DNA of 64,000 nt, taken from the NCBI GenBank assembly GCA_038101125.1, contig JAYNVZ010000002.1:2353-66352 (forward strand), read 5' to 3'. A program made the position numbers and the translations under genes. The notes below the pieces were generated by a model. It was not told the DNA's origin. It searched no databases and saw only the letters and a list, made by a program, of their open reading frames with translations. This DNA is from Gammaproteobacteria bacterium (GTDB lineage Bacteria > Pseudomonadota > Gammaproteobacteria > GCA-002705445 > GCA-002716945). How positions within the stretch are numbered: position 1 is the stretch's first letter; every line of letters begins with the position of its first letter. Below, piece after piece: positions 17,862 through 27,793 of this stretch.

Positions 17862-19252
17862 TCTGTATTATACCAGTTTAATTTCTCTCGTAGATTTACA
17901 ACAAAACCTATTATAAAAATTGTTGGCGCCATAGGTTTTTTTTCTTTTACGAGTTGACTCATGTTTTCAACTGTTGATGTATAAACTTTTTGATCTGGAG
18001 TTGTTCCTTGTTGCACTAATGCACATGGAGTTTTTGAATCTAATCCATTGGCTATTAATTGACTACAAATTATATCTATTGATACAAGTCCCATATAAAA
18101 CACGATAGTTTGATTTGGTTGTATGAGTTTCTCCCAATTTAAATCTAATTTTCCTTCTTTCAAATGACCTGTTACAAATATACATGATTGTGCATGATCT
18201 CTATGAGTTAATGGTATGCCGCTATATGCTGAGCAACCACTTGCGCTTGTAATTCCTGGAACTACTTGAAATGAAACATTATTGTCAACTAATGTATCAA
18301 TTTCCTCTCCTCCTCTTCCAAAAATAAATGGATCTCCTCCTTTTAGCCTAAGAACTCTTTTGCCTTGCTTCGCATACTTAACAAGTAAACTATTAATTTC
18401 TTCCTGTCTAACAGTATGGTTATCTCTCTGTTTTCCAACGTATATTTTTTGAGCATCTCGGCGTATCAAATCAATAATCGATGGATGAACTAACCTATCA
18501 TATAACGCAATATCGGCCTGTTGCATTAATCTTAAAGCTCTAAAAGTTAACAAATCAGGATCGCCAGGACCTGCGCCAACTAAATAAACTTCGCCTTCGC
18601 CTTTTTTTTCTTCATCAAAGCTATTTATTTCTTTATTAAGATAATTTACTGCCTCGTTATCTTGTCCACTTAAAACAAGTTCAACAAATTTACCATTCAG
18701 CATCTGCTCCCAAAAGATTCTATTAGACTTTGAATTAACTAATTTTTTTCTGACTGGTATTCTATTTTCAGAAACAATCTTAGCTAGTCGACCATAAGCA
18801 CCAGGTATCATTGTTTCAAGTTTTGTCCTTAGTAATCTTGCCAAAACTGGAGAAGAGCCTCCGGTTGATACTGCTACAGTTATAGGACCCCTCTCTAATA
18901 TAGATGGGAATATAAAATCGCAAATATTAGGCTTATCAACTACATTTACTAAAATGCCTTTATGATTTGCCTGGCTGGCTATTTCTTCATTTAAAGATTC
19001 ATCATTTGTTGCAGCTATTACAAAAGAAAAATTATTATCCATATGTTCAGTTTTATAGGTACTGCTGATAGCAGTTATATTTTTATTATTTTTAATTAAG
19101 TCAAGAATATAGTCTGTAAACTGCGGAGATATAATAGTCAGCTTGGCATTAGCTTTTAGTAATAAATCCAATTTCCTTTCAGCAACTTCTCCACCACCAA
19201 TTAATAGAACGGACTGCTTGCTGAGTTCCATGAAAAAAGGGAAGTATTTCAT
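17858..19252 (-). CDS. cysG: Sirohaem synthase (precorrin-2 dehydrogenase/ferrochelatase fused to uroporphyrinogen-III C-methyltransferase)
   Basis: 464 aa with an N-terminal Rossmann GGGEVAERK and C-terminal SUMT domain (VYLVGAGPGDPDLLTFRA...). Sirohaem is the DsrAB cofactor. Confidence 0.85.
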   Translation of the reverse strand: MKYFPFFMELSKQSVLLIGGGEVAERKLDLLLKANAKLTIISPQFTDYILDLIKNNKNITAISSTYKTEHMDNNFSFVIAATNDESLNEEIASQANHKGILVNVVDKPNICDFIFPSILERGPITVAVSTGGSSPVLARLLRTKLETMIPGAYGRLAKIVSENRIPVRKKLVNSKSNRIFWEQMLNGKFVELVLSGQDNEAVNYLNKEINSFDEEKKGEGEVYLVGAGPGDPDLLTFRALRLMQQADIALYDRLVHPSIIDLIRRDAQKIYVGKQRDNHTVRQEEINSLLVKYAKQGKRVLRLKGGDPFIFGRGGEEIDTLVDNNVSFQVVPGITSASGCSAYSGIPLTHRDHAQSCIFVTGHLKEGKLDLNWEKLIQPNQTIVFYMGLVSIDIICSQLIANGLDSKTPCALVQQGTTPDQKVYTSTVENMSQLVKEKKPMAPTIFIIGFVVNLREKLNWYNTD

Positions 19253-19692
19253 TAAGATTTTTCTATCCCAGCTTTTTTATACCAGTATTGTGATTTCTCA
19301 AGATCTTGAGGAACAAGTTTGCCTTCTTCATAAATCATAGCTAGGGTGGTTGCTGATCCCATTAAACCTTGGTTTGCAGCTTTCGTAAACCACTCGATAC
19401 TTTTATCAATGTCCTTCTCCGTGCACTCCCCTTCAAAAAACATAAAGCCGTATGCATGTTGCGCCAACGGATAACCTTTCATAGCTGCACTTTCCATATA
19501 AGTAAATGCTTTTTCTGTGCTCGCCTGACACCCTAAACCATTTTGTAGCATTATTGCCATTCGATACATAGCTTCAACATTTCCTTCAGAAGCAATTGGA
19601 GATAATAATTTAATAGCATGAGCAAAATTTTTAGTTTCAAAAGCAGCTATTCCGCTTTCTAATTCCATAGCTCTATTTTCATATTTATCCAT
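19252..19692 (-). CDS. Sel1-repeat (TPR-like) protein
   Basis: Repeated A-x-Y/F-x-L-G-x-M-Y-x-x-G blocks (AMYRMAIMLQNG..., LAQHAYGFMFFEG...). Confidence 0.55.
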   Translation of the reverse strand: MDKYENRAMELESGIAAFETKNFAHAIKLLSPIASEGNVEAMYRMAIMLQNGLGCQASTEKAFTYMESAAMKGYPLAQHAYGFMFFEGECTEKDIDKSIEWFTKAANQGLMGSATTLAMIYEEGKLVPQDLEKSQYWYKKAGIEKS

Positions 19693-19693
19693 A

Positions 19694-19948
19694 TTAATCC
19701 TTTAGTAAATCTTCTAGTTTGCCATCCATATCATGCTCAACTAAATCATCAAAACCTCCAACATGATAATCTCCGATGAATATCTGAGGGACTGATTGTC
19801 TTTTGGATTTTTCCATCATTATCTTTAGCTGTTCTTGATCCATATCAACCATAATATCTTCATATGCGATATCTCTTTTTTGGAAAAAATTTTTAGCTCT
19901 AACACAGTAAGGGCAGATTCTTGTGCTATATATTGTTACTTTTTTCAT
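19694..19948 (-). CDS. grxC: Glutaredoxin 3
   Basis: 84 aa with the CPYC active site and a GGxDD motif. Confidence 0.8.
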   Translation of the reverse strand: MKKVTIYSTRICPYCVRAKNFFQKRDIAYEDIMVDMDQEQLKIMMEKSKRQSVPQIFIGDYHVGGFDDLVEHDMDGKLEDLLKD

Positions 19949-19959
19949 AAATCTATTGC

Positions 19960-20295
19960 CTAGTTATAATGCTTAATCTTTCTATTTTCATTTTTTTGAA
20001 TAACTATTCCTATCACATCAAATGAATTATCTAATAATATATCTGGGTAAGCTGGATTGAGTGGTAATAAATATTTGTTACCATTTTTTTCTTCATATTT
20101 CCTAAACCATCTTACACCCTCATATTCAACAAATACGAACTGTCCATGATGGCACTGTCCAACAGGATCAATAATAACTATACAATTATTAGTGAACTCT
20201 GGTTCCATACTATCATCAGTAACCTGAAGTGCATATGGTTCAGAAGCTCCACAATCTGAATGTATATCGTCTAGCTTGTCTTCTTGTGTACTCAT
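19960..20295 (-). CDS. Standalone S24 (LexA/UmuD-like) peptidase domain protein without DNA-binding domain
   Basis: 111 aa with a VTDDSMEP Ser motif and downstream Lys. It has no N-terminal HTH. Confidence 0.55.
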   Translation of the reverse strand: MSTQEDKLDDIHSDCGASEPYALQVTDDSMEPEFTNNCIVIIDPVGQCHHGQFVFVEYEGVRWFRKYEEKNGNKYLLPLNPAYPDILLDNSFDVIGIVIQKNENRKIKHYN

Positions 20296-20391
20296 AAATA
20301 TCTAATGTTTATTATAATTGTTAGGACTGAAACATCAAAGGTTTAGATATCATATTCATAAAACTGATGTAAATTCTTATCTAAATGAGTA

Positions 20392-20853
20392 CTATCTTCG
20401 TAGTTTAAAGAATTGCTTTAATAAATCTGACGACTCTTTCTGCATCATACCGCTTATCACCTTTGGTTTATGATGACATGATGTAGATTCGAATATTTTA
20501 GGGCCAGATGATACACCACCGCTTTTTTGATCATCAGCGGCATAATATAGAGTATCGATTCGTGCAAAACTTATAGCTTGTGCACACATTGGGCAAGGCT
20601 CTAAACTGACATACATGTCACAACCTACCAACCTTTCATTCTTTAATATTTCCATTGATTTTTGCAATGCCAACATTTCTGCATGGGCAAGTGATGAACC
20701 TGTTGTCCTCATTTGATTAGAAAATGCTGCTAGGATTTCTGAATTACGATTCTGAACTACTACTGCTCCAACGGGTACTTCATTATTTTCAAAAGCAGTT
20801 TGAGCAAGCTCTATTGCTAATCCCATAAAAAGCTTATTATTGTCACTAGTCAT
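20392..20853 (-). CDS. tadA: tRNA adenosine(34) deaminase
   Basis: HAEMLAL...PCPMCAQA zinc-deaminase motifs, 153 aa. Confidence 0.85.
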   Translation of the reverse strand: MTSDNNKLFMGLAIELAQTAFENNEVPVGAVVVQNRNSEILAAFSNQMRTTGSSLAHAEMLALQKSMEILKNERLVGCDMYVSLEPCPMCAQAISFARIDTLYYAADDQKSGGVSSGPKIFESTSCHHKPKVISGMMQKESSDLLKQFFKLRR

Positions 20854-22210
20854 TATTATTAGGAATAGTCTCTTGGAATCTTACAGGTCTACCTATTGGT
20901 TTAATCATTTCATCTTCCCTCATAACAATATTGCCTCGAATTATAGTTGCTATCGGCCATCCAACGACATCCATACCGTCATAAGGCGTCCAACCTGTTT
21001 TTGATCTTTGTTGAGTATTAGTAATGGTATTTTTCTTGTTCATGTCTACTACTGTAAAGTCGGCATCATAGCCAACTTTGATTCTTCCTTTATTGACTAA
21101 CTTGTGGATTCTTTCGGGTCCATATGACCAAAGATCTACTAATCGTTCTAAGCTTAGTTTTCCGTTATTTACATGATTTAACATAATAGGAACTAATGTT
21201 TGAACGCCTGGAGTTCCACTTGGAGATTTAGGATACTCTTGAGATTTTTCTTCTAAAGTATGGGGTGCATGATCTGAAGCAAGTATATCAACGGTCCCAT
21301 CATTTAAGGCTTTCCATAGTGCATCTTGATGATGCTTCTCTCTGATAGGGGGATTTTGCTGTGCAAGTGTACCCAGTCTCTCATAGCAATGCGGCGCATG
21401 AAGAGTCAGATGGTTTGCTAATAATTCCACACTAGCAACATCTTTATTTTTTCTTAAAAAATCCATTTCTTCTGATGTTGTTATATGTAACACATGGACT
21501 CTTCTGTTATATTTTTTTGCTATAGCAACAACTCTCTTTGTTGCAGATAAACAGCTTTCCGGTGAACGCCAAACACTATGAAGTGATACATCTGTTTGAT
21601 CTTTTAGAATAGTCTTCATATTTTCTTGCATAATATACTGATCTTCAGCATGTACAGCCACAACTCTTTTGCCATTTGATAACACAGACTCTACTTCTTC
21701 ATCACTTGCTGTCATCAACTCACCTGTAGAGGCTCCCATGAATATTTTAATCCCACATATTCCTGGAGCATTTTCCCACTTATCAAGATTTGGGCCTGTT
21801 CTGCCAGTTCCTCCAAGATAAAAAGCATAATCAGTCCATGCTACTCTACTAGCCCTAAGTAATTTATCTTTTATGGTTTCTGGGGTAATTGTTAGAGGGT
21901 TCGTATTTGGCATTTCAAATACTGCAGTAACCCCACCTGCTGCTGCTGCCAACATTCCTGATTCTAAATTTTCCTTGTTTTCGAGACCTGGCTCTCTAAA
22001 ATGCACTTGGGAATCAATGACGCCAGGCAATATATGCAATCCTTGGCAGTCAATTACCTGATCAGTAGAATAATCTGTGCTGCGTTCTGAGAGATCACCA
22101 ATAGTAAGGATACTTTCGCCCTTGATGCCTATATCAGTTTTTACTGTCTTATCAGGAAGAACGACCGTTCCATTTTTAAGAATTAAGTCATAATGTATAT
22201 TTTTAACCAT
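20846..22210 (-). CDS. Cyclic amidohydrolase (dihydroorotase/allantoinase/hydantoinase superfamily; class-I DHOase-like)
   Basis: 454 aa with a DSQVHFREPG metal-binding motif. The exact specificity cannot be decided by eye. Confidence 0.65.
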   Translation of the reverse strand: MVKNIHYDLILKNGTVVLPDKTVKTDIGIKGESILTIGDLSERSTDYSTDQVIDCQGLHILPGVIDSQVHFREPGLENKENLESGMLAAAAGGVTAVFEMPNTNPLTITPETIKDKLLRASRVAWTDYAFYLGGTGRTGPNLDKWENAPGICGIKIFMGASTGELMTASDEEVESVLSNGKRVVAVHAEDQYIMQENMKTILKDQTDVSLHSVWRSPESCLSATKRVVAIAKKYNRRVHVLHITTSEEMDFLRKNKDVASVELLANHLTLHAPHCYERLGTLAQQNPPIREKHHQDALWKALNDGTVDILASDHAPHTLEEKSQEYPKSPSGTPGVQTLVPIMLNHVNNGKLSLERLVDLWSYGPERIHKLVNKGRIKVGYDADFTVVDMNKKNTITNTQQRSKTGWTPYDGMDVVGWPIATIIRGNIVMREDEMIKPIGRPVRFQETIPNNND

Positions 22211-22294
22211 AAGTTATCTTAGCAATATAAAGATTATTATCTATAAATATTAATAAAAACTTGTATTAATCATATAAATTGGTAGATTTAGCTT

Positions 22295-22690
22295 ATGCAA
22301 AAAATAATAGATAATATAGGAATAACTATATCAGCAGCCTGTGCAATACACTGTGTATTATTACCTGCAATTCTTATAATCGCTCCATACTCCTTTTTTG
22401 CTAGCCATGAATTTCATGAAACTTTAATTTATTTTATTCTGCCCTTTGCGGCCATCGCGTTCTATTTAGGATGTCGAAAACATGGAGATTATAAAGTTGT
22501 CTTGATGGGTGTAACAGGAATAGTTTTGTTGGCAACATCCTTGGTAATACATGAAGTTTTTCACTCAGAACAACATTCAGAAGAATTTCTGTCTATACTT
22601 ATAACAATTGGGGGAAGTTTAATATTAATTTTTTCTCATCTTAGAAATGCAAAGTTGTGCCGACAAGTAAATTTCGATTGTCATAAATAA
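22295..22690 (+). CDS. MerC-like small membrane protein
   Basis: 131 aa, 4 TM. It has an N-terminal AACAIHCVLLPAIL motif similar to the MerC metal-binding TM1. Confidence 0.4.
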   Translation: MQKIIDNIGITISAACAIHCVLLPAILIIAPYSFFASHEFHETLIYFILPFAAIAFYLGCRKHGDYKVVLMGVTGIVLLATSLVIHEVFHSEQHSEEFLSILITIGGSLILIFSHLRNAKLCRQVNFDCHK

Positions 22691-24184
22691 CTAATATTGA
22701 TCTTTCCAGCCAATTTTCTTTAAAAAATCATCATAACTTCCATCAAACATATTCACCTTATTGTCATCAAAGATAATAAGTTTATTGGCAACTTGATGTA
22801 GGAAATACTCATCATGAGTAACCATTAAGACTGCTCCACTGAAAGACTTAATTGCATTTAGTAATGAATCACACGAATCTAAATCTAAATGATTAGTTGG
22901 TTCATCTAGCAGCAACAAATTAGCTGGCTTAACTAAAATCTTTCCCAACATTACTCTACTTTTCTCACCACCTGATAAGATATTAATTTTCTTATTTGAT
23001 AAGTGATTTGAAAACATCATGTTTGCACAAGTTTTCCTAACTTCAGTTTCATGTATATCTGGAACACAATTTTGGATTTCCTCATAGATAGTATTATTTG
23101 GATCAAGTCTATCTATATTCATTTGACCAAAATAACCAATCTTAGTTTTAGCATGATGATTTACATAGCCATTAATTGGATTAAGATCCCCTGTTATTAA
23201 TTTTAGTAAGGTTGACTTGCCTTTCCCGTTTTTGCCAATTATGCAAATTTTGTCATCACTTTTTATGCTGAAAGATAAATTATTTATAAGAGGATTGTTC
23301 TGATCGTAAAAAAAATTAAGTTTACTTGAATTAATAAGATTTTCTTTACTTCCATATGGTTCATAGTTAAATTTAAAATCTAAATTAGCAACCGCTGCAA
23401 GTTTTTCTTTTACATCTTTTTTTTCTAGAGCTTTAATTTTGGATTGTGCTCTCGTTGCCATACTAGCTTTTGATTTAAATCGATTAATCCAGGCTTCTGT
23501 TTTTTCTCTTTTCTTTGCTTCATTATCAACTGTCTTGTTATAAATTTCTTCTTCACTTAGTATTTTTTCTAAAACATTTTTTGTATTTCCAGATGTTTTT
23601 TTAAATTCACCTCTATGAATATTTAATGTATGCGTAATTACACTGTTCATGAAGCTACGATCATGAGTAACTAGTATCAACTCATCTCTCCAATCATTTA
23701 AGAAATTTTTCAACCATTTAATAGAGTGGATATCTAGGTAGTTCGTTGGTTCGTCAAGCAGTAGCATATCTGGTTCGTCTAATAATAATTTAGCAAGATT
23801 AATTTTTACTTGGTTGCCGCCAGAGAAATCATTAGGGTTTTTTGACATGTCATCATAAGAGAAACCTAGACCAGTTAGAATTGATTCTCCCTTCCAAGTT
23901 TCATATTCTCTGTCTCCTGATAACACACTACATACTTCGTCAATGACAGTTTGTTCGCTAAATTTTATGTGTTGATCTAAATGACCAATTTTATAACCTT
24001 TAGGCATCATCACTTCACCAGCATCTTGTTCAAGCTTGCCGATAATAATCTTTAGAAATGTACTCTTCCCGCTACCATTCCTACCAATAAAACCAACTTT
24101 TTCTTTTTTATTGATAATTATGTTTACATCACTGAATATCTTTTGTCCTGAAAATGATATTTCTAAGTCATTTGTCTTAATCAT
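22691..24184 (-). CDS. ABC-F family ATPase (two tandem ABC domains, no TMD)
   Basis: Two Walker A motifs (GRNGSGKST, GKNGKGKST), two LSGG signatures and an inter-domain linker. 497 aa. Confidence 0.8.
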   Translation of the reverse strand: MIKTNDLEISFSGQKIFSDVNIIINKKEKVGFIGRNGSGKSTFLKIIIGKLEQDAGEVMMPKGYKIGHLDQHIKFSEQTVIDEVCSVLSGDREYETWKGESILTGLGFSYDDMSKNPNDFSGGNQVKINLAKLLLDEPDMLLLDEPTNYLDIHSIKWLKNFLNDWRDELILVTHDRSFMNSVITHTLNIHRGEFKKTSGNTKNVLEKILSEEEIYNKTVDNEAKKREKTEAWINRFKSKASMATRAQSKIKALEKKDVKEKLAAVANLDFKFNYEPYGSKENLINSSKLNFFYDQNNPLINNLSFSIKSDDKICIIGKNGKGKSTLLKLITGDLNPINGYVNHHAKTKIGYFGQMNIDRLDPNNTIYEEIQNCVPDIHETEVRKTCANMMFSNHLSNKKINILSGGEKSRVMLGKILVKPANLLLLDEPTNHLDLDSCDSLLNAIKSFSGAVLMVTHDEYFLHQVANKLIIFDDNKVNMFDGSYDDFLKKIGWKDQY

Positions 24185-24193
24185 ATTTAATAA

Positions 24194-26011
24194 TTATATT
24201 TGTTCTTTTGCTGCTTTTTTTCTTTGGTGTGGATCTAAATACTGCTTTCTAAGTCTAAGGTTTTGTGGTGTAACTTCCAAAACTTCATCTTCATTTATAT
24301 ATGCCATCATTTGTTCTAATGACATTTTTCTTGGAGTTACAAGTTTTACAGCTTCATCAGTTCCAGACGCTCTAACATTCGTTAACTGTTTTCCTTTTAG
24401 AATATTTATTTCTAAATCATTGGGTCTATTATGCTCACCCACAATCATTCCTTGATAAACCTTCGTTTGTGGGTCGATAAACATGACGCCTCTATCTTGA
24501 AGATTAAAGATAGCGTATGCAACAGCTGTCCCAGTTTGTGTTGCAATTAATGCTCCATTTCTTCTAGTTGATATCTCTCCTTTGAAAGGTCCATAAGAAT
24601 CAAATAACCTATTAACTACTCCGGTTCCTCTCGTTTCTGTTAAAAATCTACTTTGATAACCAATCAGAGCTCTTGAAGGGGCTTTAAATATTAATCTAGT
24701 TTTACCTGATGTGTTTCTCATATCTAGCATCTCAGCTTTTCTCTTATTCATGCTATCAATAACTGTGCTAGCATATTCATCATCCACATCAATTATAACT
24801 TCCTCTATGGGTTCAAGCTTTTTATCATTTTTATCAATTTTATACACAACATGTGGTCTAGATACTGTTAACTCATAACCTTCCCTTCTCATTGTTTCTA
24901 CTAAAACTCCGAGCTGTAACTCACCTCTTCCTCCAATTTCAAAAGCATCTTTTTTCTCGTTCTCTGCAAAAGAGATTGCAACATTTGTTTCAGCTTCCGC
25001 CAATAACCTCTCTCTTATAACTGTAGATGTAACTTTTTTACCTTCAAGGCCAGCAAGTGGCGAATCATTTACTGTAATAGTAATAGACATGGTTGGGGGA
25101 TCTATGGGTGTTGAAGCGATAGGTTCTGTAACATCAAGATTACAAATAGTATCAGCCACCGAAGCTTCAGCTAATCCAGCAATACATATTATGTCACCTG
25201 TTTGTACTTCATCAACGGCGACTCTCTCAGTTCCCTCAAATTTAAATAATTTAGTCAACCTGCCAGACTCGACTTGTTCTCCACTAAGATTAATAGCTTT
25301 AACATTATCGTTGACCTTAGCTGTGCCTTGTTCAACGCGACCTACTAAACATCTTCCAAGATATGGGTCTGAGTCCAATAATGTAGATAACATAGCAAAA
25401 GGTTTATTAGATTCAACTTTTGGAGGCTCGACATGATCAAGTATTAGATCTAATAATGCATGTAAATTTTCTTTTGGGTCATTTAAATCTTTAACACACC
25501 ATCCATCTCTACCTGCCGCATATAATATTGGAAAATCTAATTGTTCATCAGTTGCATCTAGTGAAACAAATAGATCAAAAACTTCATCTATAACAGCGTC
25601 TGGCCTTCCATCAGGTCTATCAATTTTATTTACTATAACAATCGGTTTTAAACCTTGAGCAAGTGCTTTTGATAATACAAATTTTGTTTGAGGCATTGGA
25701 CCTTCTGCCGCATCTGTCAGTAATATGACCCCATCAGTCATACTTAGAACTCTCTCAACCTCTCCACCAAAGTCAGCATGACCGGGTGTATCAATAATGT
25801 TAATCCTTGTATCTTTCCATTGTATAGATGTTGGTTTAGCCAATATAGTGATTCCTCTCTCTTTTTCTAGATCACCAGAATCCATAATTCTTTCATCTAC
25901 ATCTTGATTTTCTCTGAACATCCCGCTCTGCTTCATAATCGAATCGATTAGTGTAGTTTTGCCATGATCGACATGAGCTATAATTGCAATATTTCTCAAG
26001 TTTTCCATCAT
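24194..26011 (-). CDS. typA: Translational GTPase TypA/BipA
   Basis: N-terminus IRNIAIIAHVDHGKTTL, the elongation-factor family G-domain and collinearity with BipA. 605 aa. Confidence 0.9.
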   Translation of the reverse strand: MMENLRNIAIIAHVDHGKTTLIDSIMKQSGMFRENQDVDERIMDSGDLEKERGITILAKPTSIQWKDTRINIIDTPGHADFGGEVERVLSMTDGVILLTDAAEGPMPQTKFVLSKALAQGLKPIVIVNKIDRPDGRPDAVIDEVFDLFVSLDATDEQLDFPILYAAGRDGWCVKDLNDPKENLHALLDLILDHVEPPKVESNKPFAMLSTLLDSDPYLGRCLVGRVEQGTAKVNDNVKAINLSGEQVESGRLTKLFKFEGTERVAVDEVQTGDIICIAGLAEASVADTICNLDVTEPIASTPIDPPTMSITITVNDSPLAGLEGKKVTSTVIRERLLAEAETNVAISFAENEKKDAFEIGGRGELQLGVLVETMRREGYELTVSRPHVVYKIDKNDKKLEPIEEVIIDVDDEYASTVIDSMNKRKAEMLDMRNTSGKTRLIFKAPSRALIGYQSRFLTETRGTGVVNRLFDSYGPFKGEISTRRNGALIATQTGTAVAYAIFNLQDRGVMFIDPQTKVYQGMIVGEHNRPNDLEINILKGKQLTNVRASGTDEAVKLVTPRKMSLEQMMAYINEDEVLEVTPQNLRLRKQYLDPHQRKKAAKEQI

Positions 26012-27489
26012 CGCTTACTCCTTTGTTTTAAACTTAATGTTCGGTTACCTTTGTTTCTTAGGCTATTTTTTGCCTTTGTTTTTTTGTTAGCATCTGTTTT
26101 CTTATATGTTTTCTTTTTCTTAGCCTGCGTACTCCTTCTTGTTTTTTTTGATGAATTATCATGTACATCTCTTTTAGATTTTGTATTCCTTTTAGGTCTA
26201 TTTAAATTATTGTCATTATTATCATTTCTAGATTTTTTATTTCTTGATGGTTTTTTTGATGGGCTACTTTCTGAGGCTCTTCTTGGTCCTGATTTTTTTG
26301 AAAAGCTACGACTCGATTTACGTCTTGTGTTTTCACTTTTATTTCTATTATCTATTTTCTTTCTAGATGATCGTGTGCTTTTATTTATAGCTGGTTTTTT
26401 TACACTATTTGGATTTAATAAGTAGTTTATTTGATTCCATAGCTCTTCTTCTTCTGGCGAAATAAAACAGACGGCAAAGCCCTTGGATCCTGCTCTACCA
26501 GTTCTACCAATTCTATGTATGTAGTCTTCTGCAACCTGTGGTAAGTCATAATTTATTACATGTTCGATATGATCAACGTCTAGACCTCTGGCAGCTATAT
26601 CTGTAGCGACTAGCACCTTGAATTTCTTAAGTCTAAAGTTATTCATCACTTTATCTCTTTTGTTTTGATTCAAATTACCATTTAAAGCATCGGCTTTAAA
26701 TCCATCTTTAGTAAGATGCTTCGCCATGCGCTGTGTTCCATGTTTTGTTTTAGCAAAAATTAACACAGAACCTTTTCGATCAGATAATTGAGTAAGTAAT
26801 TCAGTATATTTTTTATTATGTGCAATATTAATTACTTTGTGCTTTATATTAGTTAACAATACTTTTTCGGATTCTATTGCAATTCTTTCTGGTTTATATA
26901 AATACTTATTGGATAGTTTCATTATTTTTGCTGGCACTGTAGCTGAAAATAATAGTGTTTGTTTTTCTGAAGGTAGATATTGTAATGTTTGGTCAATTTG
27001 AATTCCAAAACCCATATCCAACATACGATCTGTTTCATCTAAAACTAAATAGCCACAGTCCATTAAATCTAGTGTTTCACTTTCAAGATGATCATTTATC
27101 CTTCCTGGAGTACCAACAATAATTCTAGGCGCTTTTCTTAATTGATGTAATTGTTTACCCATGGCTTCTCCGCCAATCAAACAAGCTGATCTTATATGGG
27201 ACTTTTTTCCTATTAGCTGATTAACGACATCTAGGACTTGTCGAGCTAACTCTCTTGTCGGCGTCATTATAAGTGCAGTCATATTAGAGTTTCTAGTTAA
27301 TAACTCAACCATAGGAATGCAAAACGCAGCAGTTTTGCCAGTACCAGTTTGGGCTGAACCCAAAATATCCCTGCCTTTTAAGGCTAATGGAATAGTTTGC
27401 ACTTGTATTGGTGTTGGATTCTTGAAATCCATATCTGTAAGAGCTTTATTTAAATTGGTAGAAAGGCCAAATCTTACAAAATTAGTCAT
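26008..27489 (-). CDS. DEAD-box ATP-dependent RNA helicase (RhlE-like) with long basic low-complexity C-terminal tail
   Basis: Q-motif, GTGKT Walker A, DETD (DEAD variant), SAT and HRIGRTGR motifs. About 130 aa of K/R/S/N-rich tail. Confidence 0.85.
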   Translation of the reverse strand: MTNFVRFGLSTNLNKALTDMDFKNPTPIQVQTIPLALKGRDILGSAQTGTGKTAAFCIPMVELLTRNSNMTALIMTPTRELARQVLDVVNQLIGKKSHIRSACLIGGEAMGKQLHQLRKAPRIIVGTPGRINDHLESETLDLMDCGYLVLDETDRMLDMGFGIQIDQTLQYLPSEKQTLLFSATVPAKIMKLSNKYLYKPERIAIESEKVLLTNIKHKVINIAHNKKYTELLTQLSDRKGSVLIFAKTKHGTQRMAKHLTKDGFKADALNGNLNQNKRDKVMNNFRLKKFKVLVATDIAARGLDVDHIEHVINYDLPQVAEDYIHRIGRTGRAGSKGFAVCFISPEEEELWNQINYLLNPNSVKKPAINKSTRSSRKKIDNRNKSENTRRKSSRSFSKKSGPRRASESSPSKKPSRNKKSRNDNNDNNLNRPKRNTKSKRDVHDNSSKKTRRSTQAKKKKTYKKTDANKKTKAKNSLRNKGNRTLSLKQRSKR

Positions 27490-27793
27490 TAATTTTTCAA
27501 CTATATTATTAAATTAGTTAGTAGAAGATACCTACTATCTGTTATTTAATAACATTTTTATTGTAGCTCTTCTCATGCTACCCATCATTGTTGGTAACAG
27601 TGGCTACTTTTTAACAGTTAGTTGCATATAACGCAAGCTATTATTGACAAATAAGAAGATATTTATGGATTTAGCGTGTTTTGATAGAATTAGTGAATTG
27701 AAATTACATTATAACATGATATTTCAGGTTTGTGTAAAAAAACATTTTTTGACTGAAAAATTTTTTTAATCATACTAAATATGACAAATAGGG

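Noticed and set aside
20846-22210. Calling the 454-aa amidohydrolase specifically pyrC or allantoinase
   Set aside because: The metal-binding motif DSQVHFREPG fits several cyclic amidohydrolase subfamilies and there is no pyrB or allantoin-pathway neighbour. It is kept generic.
22295-22690. mer operon (mercury resistance) around the MerC-like gene
   Set aside because: No merR, merT, merP or merA nearby. This is a lone MerC-family membrane protein, so it is not called a resistance island.
22688-22693. Missing terminators at many convergent gene junctions (22690/22691, 39686/39688, 42175/42180, 48282-48285, 52804-52807)
   Set aside because: These are not annotation errors. Stops abut or overlap consistently, typical of a streamlined genome. 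It is noted as genome style rather than as a feature.
25089-26425. Plus-strand ORFs 25089-25436 and 25964-26425 (153 aa, Leu/Phe-rich)
   Set aside because: Both are antisense shadows of typA and of the helicase K/R-rich tail. The F/L-rich product is the complement of the AAR/AAG-rich tail.
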